NCBI GenBank assembly: GCA_937893445.1
Contig: CALBFM010000057.1
Coordinates: 1 to 41,935, forward strand
Origin: an uncultured euryarchaeote
GTDB taxonomy: Archaea; Thermoplasmatota; Poseidoniia; MGIII; CG-Epi1
Length of the DNA: 41,935 nucleotides
Direction of reading: 5' to 3'
Each line of letters opens with the position of its first letter. Position 1 is the first letter of the stretch. A program made the translations under genes and the position numbers. The notes beneath the pieces are model-generated. The model did not search any database. It was not told the origin of the DNA and worked only from the letters and a program-made list of their open reading frames with translations. Positions 8,490 through 17,600 of the stretch are shown here, in pieces.

Positions 8490-8627
8490 GACTGGCGCAG
8501 TTCCCCTGTGTTAAAAACTTGCGGACAGACATCGTAACAAATGGTCGCGATGGTCATTTGTTCCGACACATCCTTTTTAGGCAAGAGTGGTGTACGGTTT
8601 ATTCGATGAAGCAATGGTGGTTTTCGG

Positions 8628-9125
8628 ATGGTGATTGACCCACTCAAGGTTCACCCCAAGGAAGCGGCAAAGGACTACAGTTTAGTCAAGGCCCTGGTAA
8701 AGTATCTCGAACAGGAACGTATTGCCCTTCACCGGATTGCCGAAGCGATGGGCCGTATGCCACCGCTCCAGCGCGAATCAGATGCCGCTGGGATGATTGA
8801 GAAGATTCTTGCCAGCCGGCAGAAGAAGCTGATTGAGGCACAGCAACACCTGCAACCGCTGGTTAAACAGGCACGCAGACGCGCCAATGCGGCTGGCATG
8901 ACCAAGAGTGGCAGAAAGCGTACTGGCGCCGAGCTCAAGGAGCAGAGGACAGGAGTCAAGTTTGGGTCTGCCACCTGTGTCGACTGCGAAAAGGTGCTGA
9001 AGAGGGGCAATCGCGTTGCGACCTGCAACCACTGCAACATCAAGTTCCACACCGCTTGCATCTCGCCTATGTTCCTGTGCGGGCAGTGCAACGCTGACCT
9101 TTCCCAGTTCCAGGCTGTTTACTGA
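8628..9125 (+). CDS. Hypothetical protein with a helical/basic N-terminus and a C-terminal PHD-like C4HC3 zinc finger
   Basis: C-x2-C-x12-C-x2-C-x4-H-x2-C-x6-C-x2-C (CVDC...CNHCNIKFHTACISPMFLCGQC). A TATA-like TTTATT at 8598-8603 lies 25 nt upstream. Confidence 0.6.
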   Translation: MVIDPLKVHPKEAAKDYSLVKALVKYLEQERIALHRIAEAMGRMPPLQRESDAAGMIEKILASRQKKLIEAQQHLQPLVKQARRRANAAGMTKSGRKRTGAELKEQRTGVKFGSATCVDCEKVLKRGNRVATCNHCNIKFHTACISPMFLCGQCNADLSQFQAVY

Positions 9126-9904
9126 GAATCACGCAGCACTGGTCGTGCTTCCCTAAACGACGGTAGCGTTGCGAGGTCGATTTCCGCCACCGCGACACCT
9201 GCTTCGAACGCGTGCACTGCATCGATGAAGCGCCCTCGCGGGTCCAGAATGCATGATTCTCCGCCGAAGGTCAGTGACCCCTGTACACCGGCGTTATTGG
9301 CGAAAGCCCAGAAGCAGGTGGTTTCGATGGCGCGGGCAGGGAGCATGCGGTGGAACAGCGGCCGCGACGTTGTGGGACTGGCCGAAAGGTTCAGGATAAT
9401 TTCGGCTCCGGCATGCGCCAGCGCCTGTGATTGCGCCGGGAAGAAGATATCATAGCATACCTGCATCCCGATACAGCCAACTGGCGTCTCAAAGACCGGC
9501 TCGTCGGACCCTGCAGTGAAGTACAGCTTCTCCTCGAACGGTCCGAAATTGGGAAGGTAGCGCTTGCGGTAGTGGCCGATATAACCGTCGGGACCAACCA
9601 GCAGTGCGACGTTGTAGAGATTTCCGTGGCTGCGTTCGACTAGCCCTGCAGCGATGTGGACGCCACTGTCGGCCGCTAGCATCGCCAGTCCCGCCTGTGC
9701 CTCTCCATCGCCCGGCACTGCTTCGGCGACACGTGTGTAATCATCGCGCAGCAGGTAACCTGTCAGGAACAGCTCTGGCAGCACTAGTAGATCCAGCCCG
9801 CCTTCGCAGGTTGCCTGTGCCTGCTCTAGAAGCTTCTGGGACTGTCGGAGATTAGCTTCGACGTCACCTAGCTTGACCGACGCCTGTGCCACAGCTAGCT
9901 GCAT
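9119..9904 (-). CDS. Carbon-nitrogen hydrolase (nitrilase superfamily amidohydrolase)
   Basis: LLVLPELFLTGY (Glu), HYRKRYLP (Lys) and MQVCYDIFFP (Cys) form the catalytic triad context. A TATA-like TTAATAG (9925-9931, minus strand) lies 21 nt upstream. Confidence 0.85.
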   Translation of the reverse strand: MQLAVAQASVKLGDVEANLRQSQKLLEQAQATCEGGLDLLVLPELFLTGYLLRDDYTRVAEAVPGDGEAQAGLAMLAADSGVHIAAGLVERSHGNLYNVALLVGPDGYIGHYRKRYLPNFGPFEEKLYFTAGSDEPVFETPVGCIGMQVCYDIFFPAQSQALAHAGAEIILNLSASPTTSRPLFHRMLPARAIETTCFWAFANNAGVQGSLTFGGESCILDPRGRFIDAVHAFEAGVAVAEIDLATLPSFREARPVLRDSQ

Positions 9905-9941
9905 ACGAGGTCGTAATCACGCTGCTATTAAGCGGTAATTG

Positions 9942-9949
9942 TTATTATT
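9942..9949 (+). promoter_or_regulatory. TATA-like box TTATTATT
   Basis: Located 23 nt upstream of the ATG at 9972. Confidence 0.4.
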
Positions 9950-9971
9950 GGGTGCCGCCTAACACGATTGT

Positions 9972-12900
9972 ATGCACTCGTTCCGACTATTCCTATATGC
10001 GCTGGTCGCTACAGTTTCGCTTGCAATAACTGCAGCTGCGGATGATGGCTACGAGGACAATGACGATTCAGAGAATGCCGCTATAATTGTGCCTGGGGTC
10101 TATCCTGGGCTATCACTTGAAGACGATGACTGGTTCAGTTTTGACGTAAATAACCATGACCTAAAGGTAACTGCTTGGTACAAAGAGAATGATGCCCTGC
10201 AACTTGAGCTATGGGCTTCGGGAGGCAGCTCGGCAATTGTTACTTCTACTGGAGGTGAAGGAGAAGAACAGGTAGCTGCCAGCGGTTTGACCGGCACTTA
10301 CTATGTGAGGGCAGTGTATGTTGCAGATACCGATTATGCACTAGCGCTAGTCGCACAGCCGGCCGATGAGCCAAGTTGGCTCTACATGCTCTATTTGGCT
10401 GGCGACAACAATCTCGACAGTGCCGGTGATGAGGACATTGAGGAGATGGCAAAGATTGGGTCAACGGAAAATGTTTGGCTGCTTGTGCTACAGGACAAGT
10501 GGAGCACTGATGATACTTCAATTCAATTTGTTCGCTCTGGTGAAATTGACGTCCTGCCTCTTTGGGTTGTTAACCAGACCTGGGGCAATGAGGTTGACAC
10601 TGGTGACTTCACCGTTGCGCGGGACTGGGCGGATTGGGCCATCCGAGCCTTCTCGATTGATTCAAAATTGATGCTTGATTTTTGGAACCATGGAGGAGGT
10701 ATCTATGGCTGTTGCTGGGATGATAACAACAACCACAACTTCCTTTCCTATAGCGAGCTTTCGACTATACTCCAAGCGCTCTCTGGCAGCTACGGTAAGC
10801 TAGAGCTAGTAGGATTTGATGCCTGCTTGATGCAAATGGCAGAGACACTGGTAGAACTGGGAGAGTACACCAATTTTATCGTTGCAGCTGAAGAGACAGA
10901 ACCGGGTGATGGCTGGGAATACAACTACTTCCTGGATGATCTCGTTGCTAACCCAGGAATGGATGGTGGTGAATTGGGTGAGGCAATCGTCGTTGGCTAT
11001 TTCGAGTTGTATGGTAACAGCGGCGGTGAGACACTTTCCGTCGTGAATGCTAGCTATAGAGCACAGATTACGCAACTGCTAGATGACTTTGCCAGTAAAG
11101 CACTAGATGATGGTGCGATTACAGACGTTGCAGCTGCACGTAATGACACGTATAAATTCTATATGACTGACTTTATCGATTTGTCACACTTTGCCAGCAA
11201 TTTCATTGAAGTTCATGACGGCACTGAGCTTGACACGTTGGCGCAGGAAATAGTCGCTGCGATCGATGACGCAGTCTACTACCGTGATCAAGGCAGCGGC
11301 GCTAGCGTTACGCGTGGTCTGAGCATCTACATGCCAAGCGCAAATTATGCTAGTGAATACGACGGACTGGCGATTACAGCCACCAAGTGGGATGAGCTAG
11401 CAGCCGCAGTAGCCGGTAGCGGCGGTGGTGGCGGTGGCGGCGGAAGCTCCGAGTCACTATGGTGGTATAGCGTAGACTATGAAGTGGCTGACCTGGACGG
11501 GGATGGGGACCCTGATACCGCCTTGTTCTGGTTCGACCCAGATACCGTTGCTTCTAGCATGGATATTACTGTCTCGGTTGAGGTCTACTACTACGATGAA
11601 TACGTGGATACTTTTTCTGGTGAATTTACCATTGGCGGGGAAGTCTGGGACTATCTAAGTTTGGATTGGACTCCCGATACACCTGGTGCATCAGGTACCT
11701 ACGAATTCTGGCTGTACCTGCTGGACGATAACGGAGAAGAGCAAGACTTGACTATTATTGACACAGTCTACCTTGTGCCACAGGGTGAGGGGCACTCAAC
11801 CGTCTGGCTATACAGCTGGTCATACGAAGCAATTGACAGTGATGGTGACACCGAGCTGGATGAAATCCAGTTCAATTACGACCCAGACACCAGCGCTGGA
11901 GCCGCAGAGGTGCATGTCTTTCTGGATGTATTTGACAACACGGGCGAGTTTTACGATAGCACCAGTGCTATCCACTACGTATTGGGACAGTCACTTGATC
12001 ACTTCAGCCTGAATTGGACTTGTGACCTAACAGGAAACTACACCTTCACTCTGCGTTTGTTAGATTCAGAAGCCATTGAACGTGAGACTGCGGAGGTCAA
12101 GGAACCAATTGCCTTGGTGGCGCTCGGAGAGGGAGATGCACCTGAATGGTTCCGGGTCTGGAGCTTTGCCGCTTCTGACCAAAGCGGCGACAGTCTAGAT
12201 GACACGCTAACCGTCAGCTATGACCCGCAGAGCGGCTGCTACTGCATGATTGACGCGACAGTCGTACTAGTTGCTACAGATGGCATAGGGCCAGTTGGAA
12301 ACGTGACTGTGCCACATTCAATCTACGCGACCGAAGAATTCTCCTACGATATTGAATGGAGCCCAAGCGTCTCGGGGAGCTACTACTTCGTTGTGACACT
12401 ATTAGATAACATGGACCGTCAGGAAGACCAGTTCGAGTTCGGACCTGTCCAGCTTACGATTCACGACGCTACCTATCCGGTGAGTAATTTCACGGTTCTG
12501 GCTGACGGGGAGCCATACAACGGTACCAACATTATTGGTGGGATTACCGTTGTTACGCTCGATGGGTCCGAATCCAGCGACTTGGAATCGAGCATAGTTA
12601 CCTGGTATTGGGAATTCGGCTCGAGGAGAGTGCTGGTGATGAGGGGTGAGATTGTCATTCCTGGTGACGCTGAGGTGCTAGACGAGGGGCAACAACTAAG
12701 GCTACAGTTCAATGATATGGGTGAACTACCGGTAATCCTCACAGTTACCGACGCGGCCGGCCACAGTAGCAGCTCCGAAATGAGCATCATGGTGGCCGAT
12801 ACTATGCCACCAGAACCTGTCATTAGTTACCACTACCTACAAGGTACACAGGCAGTTCATGGCGAAGCAATGGCACTGGTACCGCTCAGGCTGGATGCTA

Positions 12901-13562
12901 GCCTGACTCGTGATAACTTGGATATGCCAGCATTCCTGGAATATGAATGGCATTTTGGTGACGGCGAAATCGAAACTGGGATGATTGTAGAACACACCTA
13001 TGCAGAGGGTGGTAACTATCAACTGCATCTTATTGTACGTGACTCGTCTGGGAACGAAGCGAGGTTGGAAGAGACGCTACACGTTGCAGATGCGCCGCCA
13101 GTGGACTTGTTTATCAGTGATTTACTGCTCTCTGATAGCAACCCCGTGCCGGGACAGGAGATTACACTTAATGCACTTATTGGAATTACCCTCGAAGGGG
13201 AAGGATGGGGTGCCGAACAGGCATTTCTAGTAACTTTCTACGTTGACGAGCAGAGTGAATTAGGCTATCTGGGATCGTTGGAACTGGGCGAGGCATTCGA
13301 AGGAGTTGATTACGAACTACAGCAAGAGTGGACTGCAACTGCAGGCAACCACACTATCTATGTTGTAGTTGACTCTGAAAATTCTGTAGCAGAGCGATAC
13401 GAGAACAATAACGTCTTTGCACTGGAGCTGGAAGTTGCGAGTGAGCGGCAGCCGGGCGATGGATCGGGTTGGTCAAACGGATCGATTGCACTATTATTCT
13501 CAGCCCTTTTTATGGGGGGAATCGCAATTTTCATGGGGCTGCGTTTGAGTCGGGGGATTTGA
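9972..13562 (+). CDS. Large exported multidomain clostripain-like (peptidase C11) protease, membrane anchored
   Basis: Order of elements: signal peptide; pre-peptidase-type domain (DDGYEDNDD...DDDWFSF); C11 core with LYLAGDNNLDS, FWNHGGG (His) and GFDACLMQM (Cys); Gly8 linker; three tandem repeats of about 113 aa; PKD-like modules (WYWEFG, YEWHFGDGE...HTYAEGGNYQLHLIVRDSSGNE); CARDB-like module; C-terminal TM LLFSALFMGGIAIFMGL. Confidence 0.85.
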   Translation: MHSFRLFLYALVATVSLAITAAADDGYEDNDDSENAAIIVPGVYPGLSLEDDDWFSFDVNNHDLKVTAWYKENDALQLELWASGGSSAIVTSTGGEGEEQVAASGLTGTYYVRAVYVADTDYALALVAQPADEPSWLYMLYLAGDNNLDSAGDEDIEEMAKIGSTENVWLLVLQDKWSTDDTSIQFVRSGEIDVLPLWVVNQTWGNEVDTGDFTVARDWADWAIRAFSIDSKLMLDFWNHGGGIYGCCWDDNNNHNFLSYSELSTILQALSGSYGKLELVGFDACLMQMAETLVELGEYTNFIVAAEETEPGDGWEYNYFLDDLVANPGMDGGELGEAIVVGYFELYGNSGGETLSVVNASYRAQITQLLDDFASKALDDGAITDVAAARNDTYKFYMTDFIDLSHFASNFIEVHDGTELDTLAQEIVAAIDDAVYYRDQGSGASVTRGLSIYMPSANYASEYDGLAITATKWDELAAAVAGSGGGGGGGGSSESLWWYSVDYEVADLDGDGDPDTALFWFDPDTVASSMDITVSVEVYYYDEYVDTFSGEFTIGGEVWDYLSLDWTPDTPGASGTYEFWLYLLDDNGEEQDLTIIDTVYLVPQGEGHSTVWLYSWSYEAIDSDGDTELDEIQFNYDPDTSAGAAEVHVFLDVFDNTGEFYDSTSAIHYVLGQSLDHFSLNWTCDLTGNYTFTLRLLDSEAIERETAEVKEPIALVALGEGDAPEWFRVWSFAASDQSGDSLDDTLTVSYDPQSGCYCMIDATVVLVATDGIGPVGNVTVPHSIYATEEFSYDIEWSPSVSGSYYFVVTLLDNMDRQEDQFEFGPVQLTIHDATYPVSNFTVLADGEPYNGTNIIGGITVVTLDGSESSDLESSIVTWYWEFGSRRVLVMRGEIVIPGDAEVLDEGQQLRLQFNDMGELPVILTVTDAAGHSSSSEMSIMVADTMPPEPVISYHYLQGTQAVHGEAMALVPLRLDASLTRDNLDMPAFLEYEWHFGDGEIETGMIVEHTYAEGGNYQLHLIVRDSSGNEARLEETLHVADAPPVDLFISDLLLSDSNPVPGQEITLNALIGITLEGEGWGAEQAFLVTFYVDEQSELGYLGSLELGEAFEGVDYELQQEWTATAGNHTIYVVVDSENSVAERYENNNVFALELEVASERQPGDGSGWSNGSIALLFSALFMGGIAIFMGLRLSRGI
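11421..11444 (+). repeat. (GGN)8 tract encoding a Gly8 interdomain linker
   Basis: ggcggtggtggcggtggcggcgga, flanked by Ser codons. Confidence 0.9.
11454..12467 (+). repeat. Three tandem protein-level repeats (113, 114 and 111 aa) inside the protease gene
   Basis: Units are 11454-11792, 11793-12134 and 12135-12467. Each begins W-x-[YV]-[SW]-x-[DEA]-x(3-4)-D-x(1-2)-GD...(F/Y)DP(D/Q)(T/S) and ends ...Y-x-F-x-(L/V)-x-L-L-D. Confidence 0.8.
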
Positions 13563-13595
13563 AGCCTCAGTGGCTCCCCTAATTTTCTGATACTT

Positions 13596-14399
13596 ATGCG
13601 TCTTCCCAACGATTGCCGTAACATTATAGCCGGTTTCATACAGCACCGCGTAGCTGATGCCAGCGCCAGTGGTGTGGTGCTTGGTCTTTCGGGCGGTATC
13701 GATTCGGCAACTGCGCTGGCAATCGCGGCAGAAGCGCTGGGGCCCAAGGCAGTATACGGGCTTTTACTACCCTATGGCGACACTGTATCAACTGAAATGG
13801 CTTCTACCCATGCAACCGCATTGGAGGTAGAAACACGGGAAGTAGACATTACGCCACTAGCGATCGCATTTGCGGGTGTGGCGCCCTATTTCGAATCTCG
13901 CGAACAAGAAGGTAACCTGCGCGCCCGTCTTCGTATGGCACTGCTCTATGCCGCCGCTGCTGAACGGGGGGCACTGGTACTGGGAACGTCTAACAAGTCG
14001 GAGCTGTTAACTGGCTACTACACCAAGTGGGGCGACGGCGGGGCCGATCTGCTTCCTCTCGGCGACCTCTATAAAAGTCAGGTGAGGGTACTCGCCGCCG
14101 AACTGGAAGTGCCCGAAGCAATTCGTGAACGCACCCCCACAGCCGAGCTCTGGGAAGGTCAGACCGACGAGCAGGAACTGGGACTGCCGTATGTACAACT
14201 CGATCAAGTGCTAGCAGGGCTGGAACGGCATGATTCGCAGGCGCGGGTGGCGGCACGCAGTCACGTTTCCGAGGCTGATGTGGGGTGCGTCGAGACGCTG
14301 CTACAGCGCTCGATCCACAAGCGTATCTTTCCCCCAGTCTGCAAGTTAGGCCGGCGTACTGTAGGTATTGACTGGCGCGAGACTACAGGCGCCAGTTGA
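13596..14399 (+). CDS. nadE: NH3-dependent NAD+ synthetase
   Basis: LGLSGGIDS PP-loop, GTSNKSELLTGYYTKWGDGGADLLPLGDLYKSQV and TAELWEGQTDEQELG. Confidence 0.9.
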   Translation: MRLPNDCRNIIAGFIQHRVADASASGVVLGLSGGIDSATALAIAAEALGPKAVYGLLLPYGDTVSTEMASTHATALEVETREVDITPLAIAFAGVAPYFESREQEGNLRARLRMALLYAAAAERGALVLGTSNKSELLTGYYTKWGDGGADLLPLGDLYKSQVRVLAAELEVPEAIRERTPTAELWEGQTDEQELGLPYVQLDQVLAGLERHDSQARVAARSHVSEADVGCVETLLQRSIHKRIFPPVCKLGRRTVGIDWRETTGAS

Positions 14400-14426
14400 G
14401 CTATCTTTAAAAGCAACTTGTAAGGC

Positions 14427-14431
14427 TTTTT
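14427..14431 (+). terminator. Oligo-T tract, a possible archaeal terminator of nadE
   Basis: T5 lies 28 nt after the nadE stop. Further T-runs are at 14488-14492 and 14509-14513. Confidence 0.3.
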
Positions 14432-14470
14432 GACGAATGTCATTTCCAAGGTAGAAAACGGATGAGAATA

Positions 14471-14572
14471 GTGGAACCACCATGACGTTTTTGTAAGGTT
14501 CCACCTCCTTTTTCAACAAAAATAGGTGGAACAGTGATTGATTTTTATAATAAACTGTGAAAAATACAGTTT
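14471..14572 (+). promoter_or_regulatory. Repeat-bearing control region upstream of the RNR gene
   Basis: GTGGAACC (14471-78), GGTTCCACC (14497-505, inverted) and GGTGGAAC (14525-32). TATA-like TTTTATAATA at 14543-52. Perfect inverted repeat AAACTGT-n7-ACAGTTT at 14552-72. Confidence 0.5.
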
Positions 14573-14654
14573 GTGCAACGCTTATATCTAGCAGGCAGAA
14601 TGCCCCGAACCCATGCTCCTGTGTTCGTATGAGATGATTATTTGGATGCCCCTA

Positions 14655-14659
14655 GGAGG
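14655..14659 (+). promoter_or_regulatory. Shine-Dalgarno-like GGAGG for the RNR gene
   Basis: TAGGAGGGGC ends 3 nt before the ATG at 14666. Confidence 0.55.
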
Positions 14660-14665
14660 GGCTTA

Positions 14666-17600
14666 ATGCCCGCCAACCCAAAAGGACTCGGAATCGAGAG
14701 GCTTTTTACCGAACAAGGAGTTGAACCGTTCGATTTACTCGAATGGAAAAAACGTGATACTGTAATTCGAAATTACGACGGCACAATAGCATTCGAGATG
14801 CAGGATGTCAACCTGCCCACTAACTATAGCCAGACTGCGGCCAACGTCCTAGCGCAGAAATATTTCCGCAAGGCAGGCATTCCGCGCAAACTGAAGTCGG
14901 TAGCAGAGAAGGAGGTACCGAAATGGCTGTATCGGTCCATACCAGACACAAAGGCACTCGCTAAATCGACAACCGAAAATCGGTCTTGCAGCGAGAAAGA
15001 CGGTCGACAGTTATTCCGTCGCTTGGCAGGAACTTGGACTTACTGGGGGTGGAAACACAGTTATTTCGCGACAGAAGCTGATGCACGTGCTTTCTATGAT
15101 GAACTGTGCTATATGCTAGCGGCACAAATTGCATCACCTAACTCACCACAGTGGTTCAACACTGGCCTCAATTGGGCCTACGGAATTGAAGGCCCCGCAC
15201 AGGGGCACTACTTTGTTGACCCGGAATCGGGAGAACTAGAACGTTCGACCAATGCTTACGAGCATCCCCAGCCTCATGCTTGCTTCATTCAGTCAGTTAG
15301 CGATGATTTGGTGAATGAGGGTGGCATCATGGACCTCTGGACGCGTGAAGCTCGGCTCTTCAAGTTCGGTTCGGGCACTGGATCAAACTTCTCGGCAATC
15401 CGTGGGGACGAGGAACCACTCTCGGGCGGAGGTTGCTCTTCGGGTCTAATGTCATTCTTGAAGATTGGAGACCGCGCTGCTGGGGCAATTAAATCGGGTG
15501 GCACGACGCGGCGCGCGGCCAAGATGGTCTGTCTCGATATGGACCATCCTGACATAGAAAAATTCATCAACTGGAAAGTCTCCGAGGAGGAAAAAGTGGC
15601 GGCACTAGTCGCCGGTTCGCGCCAGTTACAGAACCATGCTAACGAAATTCTAGCCGCGATTGAGGCGCATCCAGACACAGAAGAAAAGTTTGATCAGAAA
15701 CTGAACCAGCCTCTGGCGCGAGCAGTGCGCTCTGCACTAAACGACCACGTCCCTGAAACACTAGTGGCACGCGTGCTCGAATTGGGTGGACAGGGGTGGA
15801 ACCAGCTGAAGGTAGCCACCTTCGATACCGAGTGGGAAGGTGAGGCATACGGCACAGTCTCGGGACAGAACAGTAACAACTCGGTCCGGGCCTCCAACGA
15901 ATTTATGGAGGCTGCGCTTTCCAATGGTGAATGGAAACTCTACTGGCGTACCGAAATGGAGACTGCCGCTGCCGAAGGGCGCGAACCGGAGCCGTGTCGA
16001 AAATTACCTGCGCGGGAGCTGTGGGAACAGATATCGCAGGCTGCTTGGTCCTGCGCCGATCCCGGGATCCAATTCGATACCACCATTAACGAGTGGCACA
16101 CCTGCGCGCCAGACGGACCAATCCGTGGATCGAATCCCTGCTCGGAATATATGTTCCTGGACGATACGGCGTGCAACCTCGCGTCGCTAAACCTCGGTGC
16201 GTTTTACGATGGAAAAGAGAGTATGGTAAGGCTGGATGAGTATCGACATGCCATTCGACTCTGGACTGTTGTACTCGAGATTAGTGTGCTGATGGCGCAG
16301 TTCCCGTCCGAGGCTATTGCACGACGTAGCTACGAATATCGCACTCTGGGTCTTGGATATGCCAACATGGGCTCACTGCTGATGCGCATGGGGATTCCCT
16401 ATGACGACGAGCGTGCGTTCGCCATTTGTGGCGCACTGACTGCTATCCTAGGCGGAGGGAGCTACACCACATCGGCCGAGATGGCTCGCGTCAAGGCACC
16501 CTTCCCACGCTACGAGCACAACCGTGATTGCATGCTGCGAGTGATGCGGAACCACCGGCGCGCAGCGTACAACGCCTCGAGCGACGAATACGAGGATTTG
16601 ACTGTGAAACCACTTGCAATAGATTCTGCCTACTGCCCAGAATACCTTCTCAACAGCGCCCGTGAGGTATGGGACGAGGCAGTTTCCCTGGGCGAGCAAC
16701 ACGGCTACCGTAATGCACAAGTGACTGTGATTGCGCCAACAGGTACCATTGGCATACAGATGGACTGTGACACCACTGGCATAGAGCCTGACTTCGCGTT
16801 GGTTAAGCTCAAGACACTAGCAGGTGGCGGGACCCTACGAATTATCAATCAGTCAGTTCCACTAGCGCTGGAGCGACTCGGTTACGATGAGACGCAGTGC
16901 GATGAGATTATTCGCTACGTGCTTGGGAATGGCACTTTGGAAGGTGCACCTAGTGTCAACCGCGAATCATTAAAGCGCAAGGGGCTCTCAGGCGAGATTA
17001 TCGACCGGCTCGAGAAGGATATTCCAACAACTTCATCGTTGAGGATGTTGGTAACACCACTGCACGTCGGCGAGGAATATTGCCGTGAAAAACTAGCCGT
17101 CGCGAGGGAGCAGGTAAATGACCTGCGTTTTAACTTATTAGAGCATCTCGGATACGAACCTGAAGAGGTGCAGGCGGCCGACGACTATACCTTTGGAAGG
17201 CTAACACTTGAGGGGGCACCGTACTTCAAGGACACACACCTTGCAGTCTTCGATTGCGCCAACAAATGCGGGCAATATGGTACCCGCTCCATCTCGTGGC
17301 ATGCGCACGTCCGTATCATGGCGGCCGCACAGCCGTTCATCTCCGGCGCTATCTCGAAGACGATTAACATGCCTCACGAAGCAACAGTGACTGAAATCAG
17401 TCAGGCATACGAAGAGTCATGGCGCACAATGAACAAGTCAATCGCGCTTTACCGTGATGGCTCTAAGCTGAGCCAGCCACTGATGTCGGGCACCAGTCTA
17501 GCAGTCGCTCTAGTCGAGGAGGAAGAAGAGTTTCTCGCTGAGGGCATTGTCTCAGCCGAGAAGGCGACTGAAATCATGGCCGAGGCATTGCCGGGCCCCA

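Noticed and set aside
11421-11444. The (GGN)8 tract as a phase-variable simple sequence repeat.
   Set aside because: The codons are a GGC/GGT/GGA mixture, so the DNA is not a perfect repeat. Slippage in units of 3 nt would only alter linker length.
13470-13562. The C-terminus of the protease as a PGF-CTERM / archaeosortase sorting signal.
   Set aside because: A TM helix plus a basic tail is present, but no PGF (or similar) tripeptide precedes it. I treat it as a plain membrane anchor.
14400-14665. A cobalamin riboswitch or NrdR box upstream of the RNR gene.
   Set aside because: I found no B12-box-like GCCACTG-type core and no 16-bp ACAC-n-ATAT-n-GTGT palindrome pair. Both elements are bacterial, and the region is too AT-rich and short for a B12 aptamer.
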